Below, in pieces: positions 1-9,070 of a stretch of DNA of 64,000 nt. The stretch comes from Nitrospinaceae bacterium (lineage in GTDB: Bacteria; Nitrospinota; Nitrospinia; Nitrospinales; VA-1), in assembly GCA_046754465.1 (NCBI GenBank), contig JBHHVU010000013.1:444-64443 (forward strand). The letters run 5' to 3'. The translations under genes and the position numbers were made by a program. Below the pieces are notes generated by a model. The model was not told the DNA's origin. It ran no database searches and was given only the letters and a program-made list of their open reading frames with translations. Numbering within the stretch: the first letter of the stretch is position 1; every line of letters begins with the position of its first letter.

Positions 1-121
1 ATCAAATCAGGCTCTCCTATAACAGTGGTAGTCAAGAAAGGGGCCTGTTGCCCCAAGGACCTGCCCGTTCCTCGTTCCTTTCATCACGAAAATATCCCCG
101 ATTCAACCCTGCAAGTATAAG

Positions 122-150
122 TTGATTGTTTTCAAGGATTAAGTTACAAT
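122..150 (+). promoter_or_regulatory. sigma70-type promoter of the three-gene GHKL operon
   Basis: TTGATT (122-127), 17 nt spacer, TACAAT (145-150); 61 nt upstream of ATG 212. Confidence 0.55.
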
Positions 151-211
151 TCGGCATCCCAAAAATCAAATAGTTTCGCCAAATCTTCATTTACCAACAT
201 TGGTTTAACCC

Positions 212-2125
212 ATGAACCAAGTGGCTTGGAAATTTAGGGAGATGACGAAGGGAGAAATGAATACCGACCCTATAGAGGGCGAGTTCTTTTCTACCGAACA
301 CTTGGACAGCATTACAGATGCGTTAGTCCGGGAAACCATTCAAAACTCCTTGGATGCCGGAAAACCCGGTGCACAGGTTCGTGTTCTTTTCCGGATTTCC
401 AAAATAGATTCTTCGGGTGGTTTTTCCATGGGACATTACCTGTCTCACCTCCAACCTCACCTAGAAACGGATCAAAATGGCTTGATTGATGTGCCTTCCT
501 TTAATGAGCCCGGAAGTTATCTGGTAATCGAGGATTTTGGGACGCGCGGACTGGAGGGTGACCCAGATCAAGATGATGACTTGAATTTTTCGGCTGGAGA
601 AAAGAGGAAAAACGATTTTTTTTATTTTTGGCGCAATATAGGGCGTTCAAATAAGAGCAATGAGGACCGTGGCCGCTGGGGGTTGGGGAAAACAGTTTTC
701 CAAGCCACCTCCCGAATCAACAGTTTTTTTGGGTTGACGGTGCGTGCAAGTGATAATCGGTCCTTTTTGATGGGGCAATCTGTTTTAAAAACACATCTTG
801 CAAACAATAAAAAGTATGCCCCTTATGGTTGGTATGGGATTTTTGATGGCAACTTCTGCACCCCAATCGAAGATAGGATTTTATTGAAAAAATTTTCCCA
901 AGACTTTGGTCTTGCCCGCTTTGGAAAATCTGGTTTGTCCGTAGTAATTCCATATCCGGAAAAATCCATTGAATTAAAAAATTTGGTTTCCTCGGTATTG
1001 ATTCATTATTTTTTTCCGATTCTGTCCGGTGACTTAGTGGTAGAAGTCCAGAACAATTTAGAGTCGGTCACCATGGATGGTCAACAATTGGATCGGCATA
1101 TTGAATCCATTGATTTTTCTAAAACTAAATTCACCAGAAAAAACTTTCAAAATCTTTTTGATCTAACCCGTTGGGTCATATCCTTACCCGAAGACTCTTT
1201 CCATGAACTCAAAATCCCTGCGCCGGGGAAAGCCCCAAAATGGAATGAATCATTATTTGAACAAGATGTATTAAAAGAACTGCAAGAGGCATATGAAAAG
1301 AAAGAAAAAATTGCCTTGCGAGTCCCTCTTGAAATCAAGCGGAAAAACAACGCCTCGAAAAAAACCCATTTTAATGTATATATCCAGCGGGATGAAAACC
1401 TGGATCGGCCTGAGGACCATTTTATAAGAGAAGGCATTACTTTAGCGGGTGTAAGATCGCTGCGGCAAAAAGGTGTTCGCGTAATCGTATCCATTGCTGA
1501 TAAAGCCCTTTCAACTTTTTTGGGGGATGCCGAAAATCCGGCTCACACGGAATGGCAGGAACGTTCCCCAAAATTCAAAGGTCGATATGATTTGGGGGTA
1601 TCGTGTTTACGGTTTGTAAAAAATAGCTCTAATGAAATCGTTCGATTATTGAGCAAACCCGCAAAGGGAAAAGATAAAAATTTATTGACCGATTTGTTTT
1701 TCATTGAGGAAATTGCGCCAGATGGGTCAAAAGGTTCCAAGGATGGAGAAGATGATTCAGCGAGCGGAAAACCGGCTGTTCCAAATATGATTGCACAGGA
1801 TAAGGAATTTCGGATTCAGCCGGTAAGGGGAGGATTTAAAATCTCCCGTAATCCCAAAGCCAGGTCCCTGCCTTTGGGAGTCCAAGTTACAGCAGCTTAT
1901 GAAATTCGTCGTGGCAATCCTTTTCTAAAATATAGTCCGTTCGATTTTGAAATGGGCAAACCCCCTATTCAAATTAAAGTGGACAGGGCAAGAATCGCCG
2001 CGACCAGGGAAAACCGGTTATTGATACAAATTGAGAATCCAGATTTTGCGGTTGAAATAAGCGGATTTGATCCCCATCGAGATTTACGGGTAAAAACGGA
2101 TCCTGTGAGGCAAGAAAAATTATGA
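212..2125 (+). CDS. GHKL-superfamily (MORC/HSP90/MutL-like) ATPase domain protein, 637 aa
   Basis: Bergerat-fold motifs in order: LVRETIQNSLDA (ExxxNxxDA), VIEDFGTRG, IGRSNK..GRWGLGK (GxxGxG), SGLSVVIP; C-terminal part unrecognised. Confidence 0.75.
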   Translation: MNQVAWKFREMTKGEMNTDPIEGEFFSTEHLDSITDALVRETIQNSLDAGKPGAQVRVLFRISKIDSSGGFSMGHYLSHLQPHLETDQNGLIDVPSFNEPGSYLVIEDFGTRGLEGDPDQDDDLNFSAGEKRKNDFFYFWRNIGRSNKSNEDRGRWGLGKTVFQATSRINSFFGLTVRASDNRSFLMGQSVLKTHLANNKKYAPYGWYGIFDGNFCTPIEDRILLKKFSQDFGLARFGKSGLSVVIPYPEKSIELKNLVSSVLIHYFFPILSGDLVVEVQNNLESVTMDGQQLDRHIESIDFSKTKFTRKNFQNLFDLTRWVISLPEDSFHELKIPAPGKAPKWNESLFEQDVLKELQEAYEKKEKIALRVPLEIKRKNNASKKTHFNVYIQRDENLDRPEDHFIREGITLAGVRSLRQKGVRVIVSIADKALSTFLGDAENPAHTEWQERSPKFKGRYDLGVSCLRFVKNSSNEIVRLLSKPAKGKDKNLLTDLFFIEEIAPDGSKGSKDGEDDSASGKPAVPNMIAQDKEFRIQPVRGGFKISRNPKARSLPLGVQVTAAYEIRRGNPFLKYSPFDFEMGKPPIQIKVDRARIAATRENRLLIQIENPDFAVEISGFDPHRDLRVKTDPVRQEKL

Positions 2126-2898
2126 TTCGCAAACTTAACTTTACGGGACGGAAAAAAATTCCAAAATCCCATGTGGCAATCACGATTACTTCTTTAGACC
2201 ATTTTCCCTGCTCGTTTGACGCCCAGCTTGATTTAGAAAATTTTAATTTCCCTGCAGAAGCCAAAGTTTTTATCGAAGCATATAATCGCTCATCCTACAT
2301 GCGTTTTCCGTATGGCACGATTGAAAAAATTTTGGTTCCTCAAAACCGGGCGCTGGATCAAATCGATCCCGGAAGAATCCCCTTATTCCGGGTCAAGGTG
2401 ACGGATCAGACAGCCAGACATGGACGTATTCTAGCCTTGGCAGATAAAATCCATCCAAGGGGTGTTGATGATGTCTCAAAGAATAGGATTAGTCTTTTGC
2501 ATGTGGAGTTTACCGACGACCTGGGGGATCGAATATGGCGGCTCGATTTAGGAGATTGGCCAACTCTTCAATTGAATAATCAAGTAGAAAATATAAAGGA
2601 AGTTGCCAGGTCCGATGATGTATTTCATTCTCTTGTTTATCCTGAAATTGCCCGGCAAATTTTAGAAAACATCGTGAAAAATGGAGATCTTGACCCCGAA
2701 ATGGATGAGGGTGACTGGCCTTGCCTTTGGATTAAGTTTGCCCGCAACCTCCCTGGCGTGGGTGAACCTCCCTCTGGAAAAGAGACGGGGGTCAAAGAAG
2801 ACCAAATTGAGTGGGTAGATTCAGCGGTAAACGCTCTATGTCAAAAAAGGAATTTGCGGGAAAAATTTGAACGGTTTTATTGTCAGGAACAAGAATGA
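2122..2898 (+). CDS. hypothetical protein, 258 aa, coupled to the GHKL ATPase gene
   Basis: ATGA start/stop overlap at 2122-2125; long ORF in AT-rich DNA; no family recognised. Confidence 0.8.
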   Translation: MIRKLNFTGRKKIPKSHVAITITSLDHFPCSFDAQLDLENFNFPAEAKVFIEAYNRSSYMRFPYGTIEKILVPQNRALDQIDPGRIPLFRVKVTDQTARHGRILALADKIHPRGVDDVSKNRISLLHVEFTDDLGDRIWRLDLGDWPTLQLNNQVENIKEVARSDDVFHSLVYPEIARQILENIVKNGDLDPEMDEGDWPCLWIKFARNLPGVGEPPSGKETGVKEDQIEWVDSAVNALCQKRNLREKFERFYCQEQE

Positions 2899-3608
2899 CC
2901 TTGCATACGGTAAAAAAGTTAAATCAAGGAGGCATCCAACGATTTCGGGAATATCTTTTGGGAGTCCGTTCCGGCGCCCACGATTCGCCCCCTGAGGAAA
3001 TTCTCCATGACCCCCTTTATTCCGAAGAGGTTCAAGGGCAGGGCGAAATAGAAAACGTTACATTCAAATCTAGCTTTGAGGCTGCAAAATATCTTAACCA
3101 AAAGCTGGTTCATATAGACAATTCAAACAATCTTCAAAATATAGGCTTGTGGAGTTGGTTATCCTTGTTTTATTTCGACCAGGTTTGTCCACCGGATAAT
3201 TACGGAAGCCGCAACCCGGGACGAGATTATAGACATATTCCGGAAATGGGTTATCGGTTCAGGCACCGGCATCTTCTCGCGGGTCCTTTCCACACCTACA
3301 AAATGTATGAAGAAAAGGCAAGGCTGCTGCTTAATACTCCTTTAAGGCAAGAAAGCCAAATTCATCATCAACTCGCAACTAGGCAAAATTTTATCAGCAA
3401 TCGGGCCATTATAGACGCGATTGGTGCTCTTTATTTTGATGAAGAATTAAGAAAACCAAAAAAAGGCTTACTATCAAAGGCCAAACCGGGAAATTTATAT
3501 AGATTTATAGACGTTGTTCAACAGCTTGACCTTACGTATGATCTATACAGCATGAAATCCGATGAAATTTTTTCTTTGCTTCCTGAAGAGTTTAAGGGAT
3601 GGCAATAA
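2895..3608 (+). CDS. hypothetical protein, ~237 aa, third gene of the operon
   Basis: ATGA overlap at 2895-2898 with AGGA upstream, preferred to the track start 2880; aromatic motif GLWSWLSLFYFDQVCP; no family recognised. Confidence 0.8.
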   Translation: MTLHTVKKLNQGGIQRFREYLLGVRSGAHDSPPEEILHDPLYSEEVQGQGEIENVTFKSSFEAAKYLNQKLVHIDNSNNLQNIGLWSWLSLFYFDQVCPPDNYGSRNPGRDYRHIPEMGYRFRHRHLLAGPFHTYKMYEEKARLLLNTPLRQESQIHHQLATRQNFISNRAIIDAIGALYFDEELRKPKKGLLSKAKPGNLYRFIDVVQQLDLTYDLYSMKSDEIFSLLPEEFKGWQ

Positions 3609-3668
3609 TCCACTGGCCCTAGGAGAAGGAGCAGAGAAGTGAAAAGAGAAAGGGGAAGAAAAAAAACA

Positions 3669-3864
3669 GATTTTTATCCTGTTCATCCTGTCAGAAATTT
3701 TTAAGCCCCCCGCCCCGGGGGAGGGAGATTGGTCAAATCTAAACCACGTAACAATCCTTATCCGGCATATAACGCATGTCCTGTACATAGTCCAAGTTTC
3801 TTAGTTGTCCTCCTCATGAAGGGGGAGAATAAAAAATCCGATTTTTATCCTGTTCATCCTGTCA
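3669..3864. repeat. perfect 25-bp direct repeat GATTTTTATCCTGTTCATCCTGTCA x2
   Basis: identical copies at 3669-3693 and 3840-3864. Confidence 0.9.
3706..3781. repeat. ~76-bp dispersed repeat, module A, copy 1
   Basis: CCCCCCGCCCCGGGGGAGGGAGATTGGTCAA...TCCGGCATATAACGCATGTCC; related copies at 43825-43900 and 43913-43984. Confidence 0.8.
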
Positions 3865-3869
3865 AAAAG

Positions 3870-3940
3870 AAAATCCCCCCCGCCCCCCTTTAAAAAGGGG
3901 GAAGAGGCTCCCCCTTCCCTGAAGGGGGCGGGGGGGATTT
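3870..3940. repeat. REP-like palindromic repeat, module B
   Basis: AAAATCCCCCC..CCCCCCTTTAAAAAGGGGG..CCCCTTCCCTGAAGGGGG..GGGGGGATTT; an inverted near-copy lies at 44010-44068. Confidence 0.8.
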
Positions 3941-3974
3941 CAAATCTCCATCCATTAACATAAAACATCATAAC

Positions 3975-3989
3975 TTATGCAAAGGTCTC
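3975..3989. mobile_element. possible solitary IS5-family terminal inverted repeat remnant
   Basis: TTATGCAAAGGTCTC (reverse complement GAGACCTTTGCATAA) resembles IS1106-type ends as recalled; no transposase or partner end in the window. Confidence 0.3.
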
Positions 3990-4024
3990 TTTAAAAAGGG
4001 GGGATGGGTGACTTCCACTTCCCC

Positions 4025-4345
4025 TCAGGGGGAGACCCAGTTGTCGATGCATTTCAGGTAGGGCGCGGAACCTTTCACGATGGGTAAGGCGATGACCTCG
4101 GGCACGGAATAGCTATGGTTCTTCCGCACCCAGGTTTCGAGCGCCTCGAATTTCTCGTTCCGCGTCTTGACGATCAGCAGGATTTCCTCCTCTACGCAGA
4201 GTTTCCCCTCCCAATAGTAGGTGGACTGGACCGACGGCACGGCGTTCACGCAAAAGGCCAGTTTCTCCTCAACCAGACCGCGGCTGAGTTTGCCGGCTTC
4301 TTCCCCGGACCCGGCGGTGATATAGACCACGATGTGCTGCTCCAT
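4025..4345 (-). CDS. cutA: divalent-cation tolerance protein CutA
   Basis: LVEEKLAFCVN, STYYWEGK, EEILLIVKT, HSYSVPEVIALPI motifs; 106 aa. Confidence 0.93.
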   Translation of the reverse strand: MEQHIVVYITAGSGEEAGKLSRGLVEEKLAFCVNAVPSVQSTYYWEGKLCVEEEILLIVKTRNEKFEALETWVRKNHSYSVPEVIALPIVKGSAPYLKCIDNWVSP

Positions 4346-4360
4346 GAATAGTCCCTCCCG

Positions 4361-4960
4361 TCAGATGACGAATTTCAGCAGATAGAATCCCAGCACCAGC
4401 AGGATGAAAAAAACGATGGTGAAAATATTGAAATATTTTTCGATCAGTTTTTTGATGGGCGGTCCGAATTTGTAGATGAGCGCGGCTACAAGGAAAAACC
4501 GCGCCGACCGGCTCACGGCCGAGGCCAAAACGAAAACACCGAAATGGATTTTGAACGCTCCGGCGGCCAGGGTGAAGATTTTGTAAGGCAACGGGGTGAA
4601 CCCGGCCCCGGCCACCGCCCAGGCTTCGTATTCGTTATAGAGGTGTCCGATTTTGTCGAACTGTTCCCGAAAGTGATAAAACTCGACGATGCGGTTTCCC
4701 ACCACGTCCATCAACTCGTGGCCGATGAGGTAGCCGAACATCCCCCCCAAAACCGAGCCGATGGAGCAGAAAAAGACGTTCCGCAGCCAGAGCGCGGGGA
4801 CGGCCGCGGTCATCGCGATGAGCAGGACATCGGGCGGGATGGGGAAAAAGGAGGATTCGATAAACGCCAGGACGAAGAGCGCGGGCAGGGCATAGGGCGT
4901 CGCGGCCCAGTGCAGGACCCAGTCGTAGAGTGATCTCAGGAGTTTCATGGCTGATTTCAT
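4361..4960 (-). CDS. DedA/YqaA-family membrane protein
   Basis: AFIESSFFPIPPDVLL and AGFTPLPYKIFT motifs, hydrophobic segments; start may be 4948. Confidence 0.9.
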   Translation of the reverse strand: MKSAMKLLRSLYDWVLHWAATPYALPALFVLAFIESSFFPIPPDVLLIAMTAAVPALWLRNVFFCSIGSVLGGMFGYLIGHELMDVVGNRIVEFYHFREQFDKIGHLYNEYEAWAVAGAGFTPLPYKIFTLAAGAFKIHFGVFVLASAVSRSARFFLVAALIYKFGPPIKKLIEKYFNIFTIVFFILLVLGFYLLKFVI

Positions 4961-5007
4961 GTGACCGCGTCTGTTCGCGCGGGCATCCCGGCGCGGGGGG
5001 CGGCGGG

Positions 5008-7524
5008 TTACAGGAGGTTAATGGGATCCACGTCGATGGTCAATTTGGCCTTTCCGGTGAAGGCGGGTTGTTTCTCCCTGACCTGATTGAACTGGCGCAG
5101 GATGGCCTGCAGGGTTTGCATCCTCCGGGCGCGCAGGATGATGTGCCAGCGGAATTTGTTCTTGATCCGGTACAGCGCCGCGCGCGAGGGGCCGAGCAGT
5201 TCCGCGCCCCCCGGGGTGCGGGTGAGGATGTGGGCCAGCGCGGATTTGGTTTGGCGTGCCATCCGTTCGCCCGCGGGTTCCTCCCCGCTCTCGATTTCCA
5301 GGGCCACCATCCGGGTGAACGGGGGATAATTCAGTTTTCCGCGGAGCCCCACTTCTTTCTGGAAAAAATTGAGGTAGTCGTGCTCGCGCACGAAATCGAA
5401 AACGTAATGGCCGGGGTGGAAGGTTTGGATGATCACCTTTCCCGGCACCTGGCCCCGGCCCGCCCGGCCCGCCACCTGGGTGAGGAGCTGGAACGACCTT
5501 TCGCAGGAACGGAAGTCGGGGATGTTGAGCGACAGGTCGGCGTGGGTGACCCCCACCAGGGTGACGTTGGGGAAGTCGTGTCCCTTGGTGATCATCTGGG
5601 TGCCGATGAGGATATCCACTTCCCCGGCGTGCATCGCCTGGTGCATGGTTTCGAAAGCGGAGCGGTGCCGGGTGGTGTCCCGGTCCAGCCGGATGATTTT
5701 CGCCTCCGGAAACAGCCGCCGGGTTTCTTCTTCCAGTTTTTGCGTGCCGAATCCGAGGAAACGGATGACCTCGCCCCGGCAGTCGGCGCAGGCCGAGGGC
5801 GTCCGCGTGATGAAGTTGCAGTAATGACAGCGGAGCAGGTTCTCCCTCCCGTGGAAGGTCAAGGTCACGCTGCAGCGGGTGCAGTGAAAGACGAAGCCGC
5901 ACTCTTTGCAGAACACATAATTGGCGGTGCCCCGCCGGTTCAAAAACAGGAACACCTGCTCGCCCTGTTCGAGCCGATGGCGGATGGCGGATTTCAACTC
6001 GCCGGAGAAGATGGAGAAATTTTTTCTTTCGTCCCGTTCTTTTTTCATGTCCACGATGCTGACCACGGGCAGAAGGCGGTTTTGCACCCGTTTTCCGAGG
6101 GACAGGTAGCGGTATTTTCCGGATTCGGTATTGGCCAGCGATTCCATGGAGGGGGTCGCCGAACCCAGAATGACCACGGCGTTTTGCGCGCGGGCGCGGA
6201 TGATGGCGGTGTCGCGGGCGTGGTAGCGCGGGGTGGAATCCTGTTTGTACGAGGAATCGTGTTCTTCGTCGATAACGATCACGCCGGGATTCCTGAACGG
6301 CGCGAAGACCGCCGACCGCGCCCCCACTACGATCGAGACCCGTCCTTCCCGGATTTTTCTCCATTCCTGGTAACGTTCGAGGGGTGACAGGCCGCTGTGC
6401 AGGATGGCGACCCGGTTGCCGAACCTTTTTTGGAACCGGGCCATGGTCTGCGGCGTCAGGGAAATTTCAGGAACCATCATGATGGCGGTCCTGCCCTGTT
6501 CCAGGGCACGCTGAATGCAACGGAGGTAGATTTCGGTTTTCCCGCTGCCGGTGATGCCGTGCAGCAGGAAGGTGTGAAATTCCGCGGCCTCCATCGACCG
6601 GCGCAATTCCTTGTAGACCTTCTCCTGACCGGGGGTGAATTGAAGGGGTTTCTCGACGGAGAGGGCGGGTCCGGATGCGGTGGGGAGAATTTCGCGCCGG
6701 TTTTTTTTCTTCAAGATTTCCACGAGGCCCTTTTCCTGGAGTTTTTTGAGTGGTCCGTTGTACGCGGGCAGTTTTTTTGCCAGCGCGGTGAGTTTCACTT
6801 CTCCGCCGCGGAGAAGTTCGTAGATGGCTTTTTGTTTCGGTGAGCGGCGGAGCCGTTTTTCCACGTCTTCCGGATCGCGGTCCGGGGACACCCGGCGCGC
6901 GGTTTTTTCGTATTTGTAATCGACGGTGCCGTGGCGGCGCGGCGGTTCGCAATTTACCAGTCCCTCCTGTTTCAAACGGGCCAGCGCATAGGCGCTGAAG
7001 CGGTTTTGCAGCGACCGTTCCAGTTGCTTTTGAGTTTGGCGCTTGCGGTCCCGCAGGGTTTCCAGAACCAGCGCGCGGGATTCTTGCAAACCTCCGTTTT
7101 CCAGGATGGCGGCGCCTTTTTCCGAAAGGGTGAGGACTTCCCGGGCCTCCTCGTCCAGTCCGGCGGGCAGGGCGGCCCGGATGGCCTCACCCCAGGAACT
7201 CTGGTAATAATCCGCCACCCATCGCGTCAGGTTAAGGATGTCTTCCGAGAGGATCGGGTCCGTATCCGGCAGGTCGGCGATGTCTTTCAGGGAGAGGGCA
7301 GAGTTTTTCTGGCTGGAAAGGGAAACCACGTATCCGGTGAGCTTGCGCCTTCCAAAAGGAACGAGCACCCGCATTCCCACCTGGAGCAGGGAATGGAACC
7401 GGGGAGGGACCCGGTAGGTGAACGGTTCTTTAAGGGGCAGGTTAAAAACGACCTCGGCGAAAATTTCCGTTTCCCGGCCGGTGTGGGGACAGGGTGGTGT
7501 TTCGGTTGTGGAGGAAAGGGTCAT
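5008..7524 (-). CDS. priA: primosomal protein N' (PriA helicase)
   Basis: GITGSGKTE, VPEISLTPQ, DEEH, Cys-rich zinc region, GTQMITKGHDFP, QVAGRAGR. Confidence 0.97.
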   Translation of the reverse strand: MTLSSTTETPPCPHTGRETEIFAEVVFNLPLKEPFTYRVPPRFHSLLQVGMRVLVPFGRRKLTGYVVSLSSQKNSALSLKDIADLPDTDPILSEDILNLTRWVADYYQSSWGEAIRAALPAGLDEEAREVLTLSEKGAAILENGGLQESRALVLETLRDRKRQTQKQLERSLQNRFSAYALARLKQEGLVNCEPPRRHGTVDYKYEKTARRVSPDRDPEDVEKRLRRSPKQKAIYELLRGGEVKLTALAKKLPAYNGPLKKLQEKGLVEILKKKNRREILPTASGPALSVEKPLQFTPGQEKVYKELRRSMEAAEFHTFLLHGITGSGKTEIYLRCIQRALEQGRTAIMMVPEISLTPQTMARFQKRFGNRVAILHSGLSPLERYQEWRKIREGRVSIVVGARSAVFAPFRNPGVIVIDEEHDSSYKQDSTPRYHARDTAIIRARAQNAVVILGSATPSMESLANTESGKYRYLSLGKRVQNRLLPVVSIVDMKKERDERKNFSIFSGELKSAIRHRLEQGEQVFLFLNRRGTANYVFCKECGFVFHCTRCSVTLTFHGRENLLRCHYCNFITRTPSACADCRGEVIRFLGFGTQKLEEETRRLFPEAKIIRLDRDTTRHRSAFETMHQAMHAGEVDILIGTQMITKGHDFPNVTLVGVTHADLSLNIPDFRSCERSFQLLTQVAGRAGRGQVPGKVIIQTFHPGHYVFDFVREHDYLNFFQKEVGLRGKLNYPPFTRMVALEIESGEEPAGERMARQTKSALAHILTRTPGGAELLGPSRAALYRIKNKFRWHIILRARRMQTLQAILRQFNQVREKQPAFTGKAKLTIDVDPINLL

Positions 7525-7714
7525 GGCGCTCCCGGTGTTCGCGATTTCGGGAATTGTATCAGAGAATGCGTGGGATAAAAAACCGGAGTTCGCGGCCGGG
7601 GAATAAGAAAAAATTGACTCGGGAACCGATTTCCACTAGTCTTCCTTTTTCAAAACGGTTTAGAATCAATGGCCCGGGCCGAAAACGATTTAGACGGCGG
7701 GAAGAGGTGATGAA

Positions 7715-7912
7715 ATGAAAGTTGGCGACAAGATAAAAATCGATTTTGCCGGAAAGAAAAAAGAAGGCGTCGTGTACAAGCTATTTTCCAATACGGTTTA
7801 TCTCAAGGTGGATTTCGACAATCACAAGGGAAAAATCGTGAAGCGCAAACTCGGCGAGATCGGCAAAGGGAAAACCCCCCGTAAAAACGACAAGAAAAAA
7901 TCGGCCAAGTAA
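7715..7912 (+). CDS. small highly basic hypothetical protein, possibly SH3/KOW-like, 65 aa
   Basis: RBS GAGGTG before ATG; upstream TTGACT-17-TAGTCT (7614-7642); MKVGDKIKIDF..EGVVYK pattern. Confidence 0.7.
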   Translation: MKVGDKIKIDFAGKKKEGVVYKLFSNTVYLKVDFDNHKGKIVKRKLGEIGKGKTPRKNDKKKSAK

Positions 7913-8056
7913 GAGCCCGGGCCGGGAATGAACCGGCGGATTTTCCCGGAGCGCGGCGTTCCGCGTCTGGTGGGCCGGGGGCAACCTCATTCAAGACGCA
8001 ACCGGCGGGACCCCCATCCGCTGGAAACTCAAGGATGTTATCCTTCCTGGGTCCTA

Positions 8057-9070
8057 TCAGAAATAGGTTTTGAGGTCCGCCTTTTTCTTCAACGCCTGGA
8101 CGTAGGCCCGGGTGGCCTGGGCCAATTTCTTTTCCTTCAAGATTTTCCTGATATTTTCCTTTTCGCTTTCGAAGGTCCGGGTCAAGCCGGGTTTTTTATC
8201 GGTGACCTTGAGGATATGAAAACCGTGATTGGTTCTGAAAATATCGCTCACCTCGCCCACCTTCATGTTGAACGCCCGGTTGCTGAAAGCCTTGAGCATC
8301 TGGTTTTTGCTGAAAAATCCCAAATCGCCGCCCCGCGAAGCGATACTGTCCTGTGAAAACCTTTGCGCCAGGTCCGCGAAGTCCGTTCCCTCACGGACCC
8401 GCTTGAGGATCGATTCGATTTTTTCACGGGCCATGTTTTCCCCCTCGGCGCCGGGAGTTTTCGGGATCTTGATGAGGATAACGCTGGCGCGGACCTTGTC
8501 CCCGGTCCGGAACCGGCCGATATTTTTATCGTAATAGGCTTTCAGGTCCTTCTCGTCGATTTTGATTTGGGGTTCGACTTCCTTTTTGATCACCCGATCC
8601 ATGATCAAGTCGACCCGAAGTTCCTCCCGGTACTCGTCCAGGGTCATGCCGCTGTCTTTCAGCTTGTGTTCAAATACCGCGTCGGATTTGAACCCGGATT
8701 TGATTTTACCCAGTTTTTTCTGAACCATTTCGGGGGTTACGGATATCCCGAGTTTCTCCCCTTTCTGGACCAAGAGCGTTCGCCCGATTTCGTCGTCGAT
8801 CAGTTTTTTGGCGGCGGTTTTCTGCTGGACCGGTGTCAGGGTCTTGCCTCTTTTTTTATAACTCCGGAGAGTCCTTTTCAACTCCCGTATAATTGCATCC
8901 TTTTTGATATTTGTGTTATTGACACTGGCGGTCACTTCGGGGAGGGAGATTTGGAGCTCGACGTCGTGAGTTTGGCCGGAGTGAGCCCAAGCCTTCGATC
9001 CTGTAAAAATTACCAGGCAGCCGGCCGATAACAGAAGGAACATTTGCTTTATAAAACCAAACCGTGACAT
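8057..9070 (-). CDS. exported PpiC-type peptidyl-prolyl isomerase (SurA/PrsA-like foldase)
   Basis: signal peptide ending AWA; SurA-N-like helical region; FADLAQRFSQD..GGDLGFF..GFHILKV; minus-strand promoter-like TTGACA-17-TAGCCT at 9138-9166. Confidence 0.92.
   Translation of the reverse strand: MSRFGFIKQMFLLLSAGCLVIFTGSKAWAHSGQTHDVELQISLPEVTASVNNTNIKKDAIIRELKRTLRSYKKRGKTLTPVQQKTAAKKLIDDEIGRTLLVQKGEKLGISVTPEMVQKKLGKIKSGFKSDAVFEHKLKDSGMTLDEYREELRVDLIMDRVIKKEVEPQIKIDEKDLKAYYDKNIGRFRTGDKVRASVILIKIPKTPGAEGENMAREKIESILKRVREGTDFADLAQRFSQDSIASRGGDLGFFSKNQMLKAFSNRAFNMKVGEVSDIFRTNHGFHILKVTDKKPGLTRTFESEKENIRKILKEKKLAQATRAYVQALKKKADLKTYF

Noticed and set aside
3669..3864. Mini-CRISPR interpretation of the 25-bp direct repeat
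   Set aside because: Only two copies, a 146-bp interval far longer than a spacer, and no cas genes
3953..3983. dif-like site: minus strand reads GCATAA...TTATGTTAAT
   Set aside because: The arms are 11 bp apart, not the required 6 bp
4930..6387. Long ORFs antisense to or overlapping real genes (e.g. 4930-6387, 27149-28234, 41099-42265, 48585-49658, 55147-56103, 56131-57255)
   Set aside because: Shadow frames of GC-rich coding DNA; no motifs, and they overlap confidently identified genes
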